Positions 26,570-38,039 of a DNA stretch of 64,000 bases are shown here, one piece after another. Within the stretch, counting starts at the first letter, position 1; every line of letters begins with the position of its first letter. The stretch is taken from assembly GCF_037042905.1 (NCBI RefSeq), contig NC_087251.1, positions 6,078,001-6,142,000 on the forward strand. Reading direction: 5' to 3'. The stretch is from Lytechinus pictus (taxonomy: Eukaryota). The notes below the pieces were generated by a model. That model was not told the DNA's origin and ran no database searches. It saw nothing but the letters and a program-made list of their open reading frames with translations. The position numbers and the translations under genes are program-made.

Positions 26570-26777
26570 CGGTGTATGCAGCCAAAATCCAGGCATTCAC
26601 TGATGGACAAATAGTGGACACTGCCAAGCATAAAGGAGAGGAAGGGATGTGCATTGAACTTTGTGCAGGGATCATGGACAAGAATAAAGATGTTACAGAG
26701 ATGGCTCAAGCAGAGGTCTTAGAAGAAACAGGTTACAAAGTTCCTCTGGAAAACCTCAAGAAAATAACAAGTTTCAG
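26570..26777 (+). CDS. NUDT14: NUDT14-like, coding exon 4 (Nudix box)
   Basis: Reads AVYAAKI...ELCAGIMDKNKDVTEMAQAEVLEETGYKV...ITSF(R). Phase-2 donor AG|GTAAGC. Confidence 0.93.
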
Positions 26778-26883
26778 GTAAGCTCTGATTAAGTATGAAA
26801 CAGTTCAGCTATGTATGTTATCTTTATTCAGACCTGTATACTGCATTCTTTTGATTTCTTCATTAGAAAACACAGAATTGTTT

Positions 26884-27240
26884 GGCCCGAATTCACAAAG
26901 GTGGTTTTTAAAACCCACGGTTGAGTCCATGGTTTATGCAGATTTCATGTATAAATTACGCTTAATTTAGCGTGTATCGGGCGCGTGTATAAAATGTGTC
27001 AAATGCTGATGCGCGCTTTGGTCACAGTGCGCCAAATTGACGCAGTCCACTCTTCAAACAGTGGACTCATGAATAAAATAGCATATCTAACCATGGTAAC
27101 AGGCGTCAATTTGGCGCATTGTGACAAAAGCGCGCATCAGCATTGGACATTTTTTATACACGAGCCCGATACGCGCTAAATTAAGCATAAACCATGGACT
27201 CAACCGTGGGTTTTCAAAACCACCTTTGTGAATTTGGGCC
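26884..27240. mobile_element. Near-perfect palindromic MITE (PIF/Harbinger-like termini) in NUDT14 intron 4
   Basis: ggcccgaattcacaaaggtggttttt..ccacggttgagtccatggtttatgc / gcataaaccatggactcaaccgtgg..aaaaccacctttgtgaatttgggcc; the inner arms are also complementary. Confidence 0.8.
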
Positions 27241-27547
27241 TTTATGTTTCTGATTCACTTTATTTATCTGTAATTTGATAACAGCTACATTTAATAAAAA
27301 AAGACATTGCTTCATGAATAAAATTTACAATTAGAATGGAAAAAGAGTGACCTTTCAAATTTAGTGTTAGCTACCAATCTAAATGTATATTCAGAGGGGT
27401 TTCAATAAAATTAAATGGAACAATTAGTTTAGTCGTATCAATTGAAAACTTGATTATGACATACGCAGTTTCACTTGAACTTACTTTTCTAGTGTCTTGA
27501 ATATATAAAATAATAAATGATGGTGAAATGTATTTTCTGTTTTCTAG

Positions 27548-27785
27548 ATGTGGAGTAGGCACAGAAGGAACCGAACAGACATTATTTTATGCTGAAGTTA
27601 CCGATCAAATGAAAGTCAGCAGAGGGGGTGGTTTGGTTGAAGAAGGCGAAATGATTGAGGTCATTGATCTCAGTCGCCAGGAGGCCTTAAAATGCATTAT
27701 GGATGAGACAATTGCTAAACCATGTGGAATGATGTTTGCATTTACATGGTTCTTCTTTATGAAAGACAAGGAAGAGACATCATGA
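27548..27785 (+). CDS. NUDT14: NUDT14-like, terminal exon 5a
   Basis: ttttctgttttctag|A TGT (phase 2), reading CGVGTEGTEQTLFYAEVTDQMKVSRGGGLVEEGEMIEV...FAFTWFFFMKDKEETS*. Confidence 0.9.
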
Positions 27786-28025
27786 TGATGACGACTTTAA
27801 TTTTTTCAATATAATTCTTCCTTTGATGCAATTTTTTAAAAATCTACTTTTGCAATATTATTGTCTGTAACCGTAAATGTCTGATTCCAAGTTTAAAGCA
27901 AATTTAACTGCCCATTTTAATGTAGTACAGTAAGCTTGAGTACAGTAAAGACATAAATATAGCCTTTACTAATTAAAATGAGTAGAGTATATGCGCAATG
28001 AACTGTATTTGGTAATCATGCACAG

Positions 28026-28254
28026 GACTGGAGTCGGTGTGAAGGGAACCTTGCAGACACTGTTTTATGCTGAAGTTACCGATCAAATGAAAGTCAGTTC
28101 TGGTGGGGGATTAGTGGATGAAGGTGAACAAATTGAGGTTATTGAAATCAGTGGTCAGGATGCCTTAGAGACCATTATGGACGAGACCATTACCAAGCCA
28201 GTGGGAATGATGTTTGCATTCACATGGTTCTTTTTCATGAAGGACAGAAAGTAG
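28026..28254 (+). CDS. NUDT14: NUDT14-like, alternative terminal exon 5b
   Basis: atgcacag|G ACT (phase 2), reading TGVGVKGTLQTLFYAEVTDQMKVSSGGGLVDEGEQIEV...FAFTWFFFMKDRK*. Intact. Confidence 0.8.
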
Positions 28255-28765
28255 AATTTTGGTATTACAGCTGATACTTGCAATAGATTCATGTAACAAC
28301 CAAATACTATGGTTAGTTTCACTATTTTTATTTTGAAAAAAAAAATACTGATGCTACAATCTGTAAGCATTTGGTGTATGAATTTGACCTTTGGAAACAA
28401 TTAATCATACAAAATTTGTGGTTTTGCAGTTTCTAAAAAGTCAATTTGATCAAATTATAAAATCTGTGAACAGATATTCAGTGAAGGTGCAATGCATGAG
28501 AGATTGATTAAGATTGTAAAAAAACATTCGTAAAATATCGTAAAAAACACATTCCACACCACATATCTGTTATTAACTGTATAAATGTGAAAAAAGTGTA
28601 GCACAAATTTTAATGCATGCATGTATGTAATTTTATTGCAGGTATCTTGTACAAAATATATACATTGCAGGCGTCATTGAAGTTTGGGAAAGTGATTTTG
28701 GAATGAGTCTTGTGATCATGAGTAGGTTATTAATGGACGAGTCTTGTTTTCACATCTATGTACAG

Positions 28766-29009
28766 GAATGAAGTTGGTGTGAATGGAGCATTGATGACAC
28801 TGTTTTATGCTGAAGTTACCGATCAAATGAAAGTCGATTCTGGTGGGGGATTAGTGGATGAAGGTGAACAAATTGAGGTTATTGACCTATCAGGCAAAGA
28901 TGTAATAAGACACATGATGGACGAAACTATTGAAAAGCCAGTTGCCATGATGTTTGCCTTTACCTGGTTTTTCTTCATGAAAGGTAAAAGGGATATATAC
29001 ACCAGATGA
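28766..29009 (+). CDS. NUDT14: NUDT14-like, alternative terminal exon 5c
   Basis: atgtacag|G AAT (phase 2), reading NEVGVNGALMTLFYAEVTDQMKVDSGGGLVDEGEQIEV...FAFTWFFFMKGKRDIYTR*. Intact, with AATAAA at 29681. Confidence 0.8.
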
Positions 29010-32000
29010 AGAATCATATTATATTTGTGGACTCTTGTGGAGGAAGTTGAATGGATTGAGGTTACTAAACTTCTCCTTTACATTGTTCCAACTGCACAAG
29101 TGTTGGCCAAGGCCAACACTTCTGCAGCACTGGTTTTACAGTTTTCATTCATTAATTCATTTATTTGACCAGAGTAAATGTTTCCCTTTTTTCTGTACAT
29201 GGAAGTGAAAGCAAAACCATGAATACAATTTTTTAATATGACATGCTGATTATGAAAAATGAGTCAATGAAAATATCTGTTTGCTGCATATTAGCTCATT
29301 GTATATTTGATTTTCTCACTAAAAAGGGGAACTAAAGAGCTTTAAAAACACAATGAATCTTCTGCCATAGGCCCATATGCATTAGGATACTATAATCATG
29401 TAGCTGTAAAATATGTTCAAGTGATATTGTCATACAATCCTTATTTAAAAGTGAATGTATAGAAAAGGAAAAGGACCACTGGTATGTGTATAAACATTTA
29501 GTTGTGTTTTTTTTGGCAAATATTGTGAAATGAATGTTGAATCAAGAAGCTGAAAATTATTAATCATTCTAGTGAATATGTTATCCAGGGTAAGGATCCA
29601 GGAATTATGTGAATAGTTGAGTTCTTGAGCTGGTCCTATCTGTTTAAAGTGAACATGTTAGCTTGGCTTGAATATGTAAGAATAAAAATTAAACAGGATG
29701 TATTTACTAGAGAGAGCTTTTTCATATTTGTAAGTTTCTGTCCATAGCAAAATTTGATGAGTTTCAGAATATTGCATAAAAATTAATTCCACAATTTAAC
29801 CGGACGGTTTTTTTCAATTGCCTAAATTATCAAACTTGAATTATCATTTTCCCTAGAGACGGCATGTTTGACTCCTTTTTTATTCTTGAGAGAAGTTTAG
29901 AACAAGGGATGCCTCTTTATGGTGTACATGTAACTGAATTCAACTTGCAGAGTTGCAAACACATCAAAGTTGAGTCACATGCAGGAAATTTTGGGTTCTT
30001 ATTTTTGCAGCATATTTATCTATGTCCATATATACTCTGTGTCAGGCACATATTCTCAATAGGTTTCAATTGTACCATGTACAAAACCATAAGCTATGCA
30101 GATGTTTGTACATAATTACACTTATTTTATTGCATGCATGAAGAAAAATCACCTTTGCTTTTGGCAAAGTGTAATAATATGAAGAATTCTGCATAGTCCA
30201 TGATTTTGTACCATGGTACAATTGAAACCTCTGGTAGAAAAAGTATCACTGGTATGTCTCATTTGCAATTGTCATACATGTAAGTATTGGTAATTTCACA
30301 GCATCAAGTGTCAAGGTATAGAAATGATTAAATGTCAGCCTTACTGCTATAGATGATTTTAAAGTTCTTTATTAAAGCTAATTATTTCAAAGGAAGAATA
30401 TCAGCTATTAAGGATTTTACTTCAAATTTTATTGGGAATTTTTATTTAATTACGACTTATGATACTCAGGGATATGAATCAGAGAATGTTTCAAATTCTT
30501 ATTTTTCAAACCCAGGTTTGCTCACCATCAAACTGGGAGAGCCAGATTCACCCCCACACTCACAGCTATTGCGCTTAACCGTTTCTGAACAATTCATTGC
30601 CCCCTCCCCCTTCTACTCTCTTCTTCTGCATGCTTCTTTGGCTGTCTCCTCCTTGAATTCAAAAGCCCCTCTTAAAACATGCCTATCATCTCTCCCCTGC
30701 GTTAATGCCTTCATACCCCATTTGCCTTCACCAACCAGTTCACCACTATTTCTTAACACAGCATCTGCATAATCAACTCTGTATTCTTGTTATCCATCAA
30801 CTTCACACCACACATTGCGCTTCCTTGTCATCAAATCCCCATCTCATTTTCACTCAAACACAATGTCAGAAATATTCCATCTATCTCACTCAGGGGGGGG
30901 GGGGCCACTTACATTGAATGTGGATTCCATGTGCGACCAAAAAAACATGTAAAAAGGATGTCTTTTTTAAGATAGGGCACGTTACGTACGTAACGTAATA
31001 AGGGCGTCAAAAACACTGAAATAATGAAAAAAGGGTATCTATTTCGCTAGGAAAGCTACGTGTTTAGGGTCAAATTTGCGAGGGTATAAAAAATCAAGAG
31101 TTGGGCTGTACTAAACCCAATGATGTAGGTAAAGGTAAAACCGAGTCTGTGACATAACATTGAAATATCGCTGTACTTGTTTAGGGGTTCAATTCAGGAA
31201 ATACTTGCCAATAGTATCGTTTTGTTTCCAATACTTGTTAAGGGTAGGGTTTCACACGCAAATACTTGTTAAGGGGTGCATTTTCAGAATGTGGAAAATA
31301 AGATACATTTACGCCTTATAGAGCAGCTTGCAAGTATCCTGTCGTGGATTTTATCCAACTTTACTGATATTTTCTCTTATTTTTCTGATTATTCAAGAGG
31401 GTGGACTTCCCCTTTGAATTAAAAGGATTTAAAACGTCAGAATTTAATGAGAGAAGAGATATATATATACATTGCAATGGAAAGCCTGTTCGAAAATTGT
31501 GTACAAAAACATTGTTGTCAAGTTTAATTATAAATAGCATGTTTAATGTGCTAATTCTTGTATATATTTGTACATCTATAGAGAGACATTTAAATAAATG
31601 AATATGAAATCCATTGAAAGAGTTTGTAGTGTGCATATTTGTCTGGTTCAGATGTATGAGTGACAAGGGTAAACAAAGAGGTGTAGTTCATTTTAATGGC
31701 ACTCTGCAAGTGAGTATAAAATAAAATGTAATTTATGTACATTTTTAGTTAACAGAGTAATCCTTTCCATTTGGATAAAATGGGGGGGGGGGGGGTCATG
31801 CTTGATATCTGTTGCCATTCCCAGCCTCAAGTACTCGAGAAAACCATACTTTTGATGCAAAAGCAAAAAATTATAATTCTTATTTTTACATCCAGTTTTA
31901 CTTTCATTTTCACTTTCATTTTCATCTTTCCTTTTGTGGGTTGAAATGTTGTAGAACTGCTGGGAACCAAATCTTTATCAAAACTTCTTTTAACGCTTTT

Positions 32001-34731
32001 ACATTTTGCAGCTCTTTAAGATCCATGCCTAATGCATGTATTTTGGGCCAACCAACATGCAAGAGTTGAGAATATAGAGAATAAGTATCACATTCTTGGT
32101 TTATCTGGAATGTGCATCATATGCAGAATACCTAAATGTTACATGCTATTCATGATTACCCGATATGTGATATTAGTCGTGAACTAGCCATATCAAACAT
32201 GGCTTCCATGAATATAGTAATGCCAAAGAACAAGCTTAAACCCCATTCAGTTTATAAGGTGATCCCAAGAAGGTATCTCCAGGATTCATTTTCAACATCT
32301 CCTAATTTGAATAAATAATGGCCTCCATTGTTATTCATATGATACAAAACTAATTGCCTGTTTCTGCTTTTGTATTGCAAGTTTTGTACATGGTTAGACC
32401 TGCCTGTAAAAAAGTCTTATTCCACTGTTCCTGATCCTAATAGTGATTTTTTCAGAACACAATTTTTTACCTTACATGTCTTGGGCCCGTTTCATAAAGA
32501 CTTACAACTATACCATTATAACAACTACCATGGAAACAGGACTCAGCAGCCAATCATGATCCAGGTTTCATGGCAGTTTAATACAATAATGGCAAAGTTA
32601 CACTAGTTCCAAGTCTTAATGTAACAGGACCCTTTGTGGAGTTAAGGCCAGGAGTTCTAAAATCTTGGGGATTACTAAAAATATTCTTAATGGCCTTGTG
32701 ACTTCGAACTTATGGCCTCAACTCCAACACCCTTATGGCCTGTACTCCAACCTTGTACAAAATTAGAATAAAACAGTGATCTCTTTATGCAAGTTTTAGC
32801 TATAGGCCTATCTGATAAAATGCCATACAGGTTGTCATAACCATGATGCATGCAGCAGGAAAGGGTAATTGCTGTATACAAAAAAAAATAACTGGTTCAT
32901 TATATTGGTGACAGGCTAATTAGCATGTATTGTACATGTACAGTTGACTTTTGTAAGCTATGATGAAGCAAAAAAAAAAAACACAACACATAAATGTGAT
33001 GTATTAAAAGGACATGTTTGTTAAGAATCAGAGAACACCCATTTTCAGACATCAGATGAACTTTAACTTCAATATATTTTATTATCAAAATGTAGAAATT
33101 AGCATCACTCAATATAAAGACATAAAAAACTCCTGGAAACTTACAGATTTTGTGGGTCAAAAGGATAATTTTAAGTTGTAGATGGTTTGCATCTACTTTG
33201 TCTACAAGCAGATGGTCTCATTATCAGACCATCTTACATCATCATAGATAAACCCTCTTTGTCTACTATCAATTCAGCCTAATTACCATTTGGTCCAACT
33301 ATAACTTGATCTAATACACGTTTGGTTTAATGCTAAGATGGTATAATTCCATTTTGTCTACTCAACATTTGCACTTTGTCAAAATTGAAAATTAGTTCAT
33401 AAACAGTTCATCTCATAAATTAGACCTAGTGGATAATAGACAAAGTGGGTATAGCCTAACTGGAAATTAGACAAACTGATAAAATGGTTAAATGGCAATT
33501 TGACAAAACATATATTAGATGAACTCGGATTAGAATTAGACCAAGTGGGTAAATACCATTAACCAAGTGGCAAGTTACCTTGTAGACAGGTCTGGTGTCA
33601 TATATTTCTCCTTTTTTTTTTCAGAATAAAAGTACACAATACTGCAAGGTAGTTTGAATACACACATCATACATGATGTTAATTTCTCATACATGTATAT
33701 GAATTGACTGAACACTTTTATAGTAGGCCTTGTATATGAGTAAAACCTGGAATGTGTAATAACTTCTACATTTTTACTGATGCAATATGCACTTTTAGAT
33801 AAAAATGTGTTTAAAAGCAGAAGTAAGATGCAATCTTTTTAGTGAGTTTTGTCAAAAATCCAGAAATATTTCTGAAATATTTTGGACAAAACTCACAAAA
33901 AACTAATACTAATCAATATTTTGGTAATCAGAAATGTACTCACTAAAAAGATTGCATTGAAGACAAGTTCCCTGAGTCAGAGCTACTAGTCCAACACTAC
34001 CCAGTCAACTCTGCTGGTCATTGTTGCAGCTGGTGGAGCAATAAAATTCAAAGAAAGACTGACCACTTCGAGAACTAAATTTCCTGAAAATTTCATACAA
34101 TATTATTTACCAAGTAGGACTATGGAAAATAGATTACCATGCATAAATTCTAAATTTTCTAGCTTGAATTCATCAGCTCATAAGGCTACGACATCATTTG
34201 TTTACAGCTACAAGTACTACTACTTCACTTTTCACCCTGAAATGGCACTATGAGATATCACTCTAATTCCAGCGGAGTAATTATGAGTTGCAAACAAACA
34301 GAATATATATGACTGCACCCATAACATTACAGGCTGATAAATTCAAGCAAGTAATTTTGAAATAATGCTCAGTTATCTTATTTTCATAGTTCTACTTGAT
34401 TGATTAACAGTTATAAATTCAATATCATGCAAAAGTTTTAATATTGTATATAGATAAGAAGTTTACCAGTAGTTTGGTAATTTTTCAGTCTATAGTGACA
34501 CTGTATTCATTAATTCTTTATCGCATCAGTCTCGGCAGAAAAGTAGCCTCAGGCAACCAGTACACAAAAAAAAAACAAAGACTCGGGCATTCTTTTTTGT
34601 TTATAGTATTACAAAGTTAAGTGACATTCACTTGGAGATACTAGTATATCATTGTTCATCACAAGCAGTTAACCTTCGCCTGAATTAAAATAAAATATAT
34701 ATTGAATGGAAGCTTGATGCAGCCTTGACAC

Positions 34732-34823
34732 TTATTTCTTCTTTTTAGATTCTGTTGGGGTTGGTACATCCTCATCTTCAAACACAAAGTAATATCCTTG
34801 TAGCATCATAATGATAGAAACAC
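34732..34823 (-). CDS. ERG28: ERG28 homologue, last coding exon
   Basis: tttgcag|GT GTT, reading (G)VSIIMMLQGYYFVFEDEDVPTPTESKKKK*. The C-terminal lysines fit a KKXX ER-retrieval signal. Confidence 0.88.
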
Positions 34824-34989
34824 CTGCAAATTGAAGAAAAGAAAGACAAATTACAGCTAAATTCATATTTTGACTTGAACTAATATATGTATAAAGTATA
34901 CCAACATGATTCTGCTATGCACTGCAATGTACATGAAGAGATCTAGAGAAAATTGATCTTTACTGTAACTTTTGAAAGTATTATTCTAT

Positions 34990-35284
34990 AATAATAAATT
35001 AATAATAGTCAGTTCTTGTATGGCGCATAACACATTATGAATAACATCTCTATGCGCTTCCAAAGGACTTGGATATTATTACCCCGGCTGTAGCTCAAGC
35101 AGCTTTCATGTGTTGGCATTTCAAGGAATAAATTCCTGCCAGGTACCCATTCACCTCACCTGGGTTGAGTGCAGCACCATGTGGATTAATTTCTTGCTGA
35201 AGGAAACTACGCCGTGACTGGGATTTGAACCCACGACCCTCTGTTTCAAAGTTCGGAGACTAATCCACTTGGCCACAATGCTCC
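34990..35284 (-). mobile_element. tRNA-derived SINE
   Basis: Head gagcattgtggccaagtgg...gggttcaaatccc (A/B boxes), central tgctgcactcaacccaggtg..aatgggtacc domain typical of deuterostome SINEs, and a (TAT)n tail. Confidence 0.85.
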
Positions 35285-35438
35285 TTTATAAGGTGAGATG
35301 CATAACAAATTCATCTAGAAAATTTCCGAAAATCATTTTGTATGAAACTGGTGTAAAATTATTATGTATTTTACAAAATGATTCCACAACAAGAATAAAC
35401 CAATATTCTAAAATAAATGTAAGATAAATGATGCATAC

Positions 35439-35557
35439 CTGATATTACCAGAGGAGATACAATACCAAAGCTAAGCTCAACTGTCTCAAATACAAGATAC
35501 TCAGTAGTAAAGTGTATGAATGCTAGAATGAATGAGAACAGAGTCAAGTCATACACC
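35439..35557 (-). CDS. ERG28: ERG28 homologue, coding exon 3
   Basis: ctttag|G GTG...TCA G|gtatgc, reading VYDLTLFSFILAFIHFTTEYLVFETVELSFGIVSPLVIS. Confidence 0.9.
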
Positions 35558-35950
35558 CTAAAGGGAGAGAGAGAGAGTATGAAACAAATATAATGAGGTG
35601 TTTTAACACCATTTCTCCTTGTTCCAAAGTTGAAGTATTGGTGTGTTAAACTCTTAACAAATCGATTAAAACCCAATAGAGCTGATGCTCACAAGGTTAT
35701 AAAATCTGAATATTCTTTTACAAACGTGCACATTTATCCCAAAAAAATTCAGTCCTTGATGACAAAAAAAAGTATGTTCTTCGATATCTATTTTTTTTCC
35801 AATAATAATTCAAATATAAAGTAAAATCCTTGTAGCATCATCATTCAAAAGAAAAAAATCAAACAATGTGAAAAGTAAAATAGTTTTGAAATTTAGCACT
35901 ACATGATAAAAAGCTAATGTATATAACGCTAGTAGTACTACAAAACTCAC

Positions 35951-36041
35951 GCTCTATTCCTGATGTCATAAGAACACATCATTCTTACTGCCCCGGCAAG
36001 CAAAGTCCAAGTTCCAAATAATCGTCCCAAAACAGCATTCA
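35951..36041 (-). CDS. ERG28: ERG28 homologue, coding exon 2
   Basis: tttcag|TG AAT...GC|gtgagt, reading VNAVLGRLFGTWTLLAGAVRMMCSYDIRNRA. Matches the ERG28 R.FG.WT motif. Confidence 0.92.
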
Positions 36042-36084
36042 CTGAAAGAAAAAGCATCAAGAATCTTATGAAGGGGTCCTTCAA

Positions 36085-36086
36085 AC

Positions 36087-36120
<34 letters not shown>

Positions 36121-36437
36121 ACTTAAATTTGGTTTGGACGGGCGGTGTGCGGCTGAAGGTTGAAAACCTATACCCATATTTACAGGTCATTTTGGCTAAA
36201 AAGGTACCTATTATTAAGGATTTATTAAGGATTTATTAAAATTCGATGAGCAAAAAAAAAAACTAAAAAAAAAAAAAAGGTTATCACCCAAAATTGGAGA
36301 ATATGGACCCATGTTTAGGGCCAGTATCTAAAAATTGGGGCCATGTTTAGGGATTTTCCAACATAAAACTATACCCTGTGTTTAGGGATTTCTCCCAAAA
36401 AACTACCCATTCCAGCGGCACATCCCCGTATGCCTTA
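36085..36437 (+). mobile_element. CCCGGGG-terminal MITE, truncated by the adjacent pogo-like insertion
   Basis: Begins cccggg(G)n gtacttaaat.. and has recurrent acccatgtttaggg motifs. A G-run-headed repeat of similar style lies at ~30890-31300. Confidence 0.5.
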
Positions 36438-37735
36438 GGGGAGATCGGGGTTAGTTGGAACATTTTTGACAAAAATGGCTGTAAAATCCAAATAGATTTC
36501 ATTCGAGAAACAATCAATATATCAGCTTGAAGCATATATCTAAGGGCTTTAAATGTACCCCATAAAATTTTTAACTCTATGATGGTTACTGAAAAATCCA
36601 CTTGAACAAGACCATCGCAAACGTTCCAACTTACCCCATATACGGGGTAAGTTGGAACATGGTATGGGGTAAGTTGGAACACTGCATGGTCAATTAAGAA
36701 TTATACTTAAAGTTAAACCACTTAAAACTGTAATATTACATGGTCTTAGCCTATTTGCTTTATTTTTTTCAAGTTCAAAATAATTAAAGTGTGGATTTGT
36801 TTTCTATTATACAGCCACTCACGCAAGCAGACTGTGTCTGTATAGTAGAATTCCACGTAGTTAGATGCGTTTGATTTTATATGCAATTAAGTGTACTATC
36901 AGCAATTTCATGTACGTCTGCATCAAATTTACAAGACAAAAATTAATTGTTTACATTTTTTTCATTAATTAATTATACAAATAAGCATATGAAATTTGCC
37001 CTAAATTTTTAAAAAATGTTTTTGCCTTTAACTTGATTTATTAAGCTAGTAGAATGCTAATTTTTGGTGAGAGTATCAATTTTCACATTTATAACAAATA
37101 TCCACCAAAAATTGCAAAAAACATAATTTCTTATGTATTTTTCTTTCTTTGTATTTCTTTGTTTTTTGGAACCTTTGTTTTTCCAATGAACTTTGTCGGG
37201 ACTCTTTTGCGATCATGAATAGCATAAAATGAATCCATTTGAACAAAAAAAAATATTTTTGGTTGAAAAACACAATTTGCATTGACCTTGTACATGGATC
37301 ACGTTTTTGAACATTGGGTCCGACATGCATGTACAAAATGTTGCGTAATTTCGAATCCGCGCACACAGGCATCGCAAATTTTGTCTCAAATGATGCGCAA
37401 GACTTGAAAATAAAAAGTCAGCGATCTGTGCAGTCAAAAAATTTCACGCGACAGCGTAGTGACGAAATTTGTTGGGGGGGGGGGGCTAAAATTGACCCCC
37501 CCCCCAGTTTGACAAGGGTTAATATTGCATTAGGTGCCTACAATAGGCCTTAAATGCACACTCAGACCTAACTGATAAACAAAACAAGCATGGTATACAA
37601 TACATGTTCAGAAGAGTGTGAAATACTTTATACATTTTTTTCTCGTATCTAATGTTTTTATTCATAATTATGTTTGGGGTAAGTTAAAACATGTTCCAAC
37701 TTGCCCCTTCAATTTTGTTCCAACTAACCCCGGAG
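36438..37735. mobile_element. pogo/Tc1-like non-autonomous element with nested insertions
   Basis: ta|ggggagatcggggttagttggaaca start, repeated ggggtaagttggaaca, and inverted tgttccaactaaccccgg at ~37716-37733. Confidence 0.6.
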
Positions 37736-38039
37736 GCCCATTTGACGTTTATTAGCTTATAGCACAAAAAAGGGACTTCACCATGGCATATTAATAACCT
37801 CATTTTGTAGCTTGGTACAAGTGTCTATTATACCCCCAAACTGGACACTTTAGTCAGTATTCCACTCGTTTAATCTTCATAATAAGCATTTTAGTGATCA
37901 CTCTTGTGATTTTTTTGCCCCCATTGCCATTGTACGCAATACTGTTTGGGCCAGTGGCGGCTATTGTAGACATCAAAATACAGCAATGTTCCCATATATG
38001 ACATAATAAATGATATATCTCGTTATAGTAATGATGATT

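Noticed and set aside
27528..29009. Three separate small Nudix genes
   Set aside because: Each copy lacks the Nudix box and N-terminus, and homology starts exactly at a splice acceptor, so they are exons of one gene.
36088..36119. ~32-nt G run producing poly-Pro ORFs, possible G-quadruplex
   Set aside because: It is the head of a common repeat, homopolymer length is error-prone, and the ERG28 exon starts at 36041 outside it.
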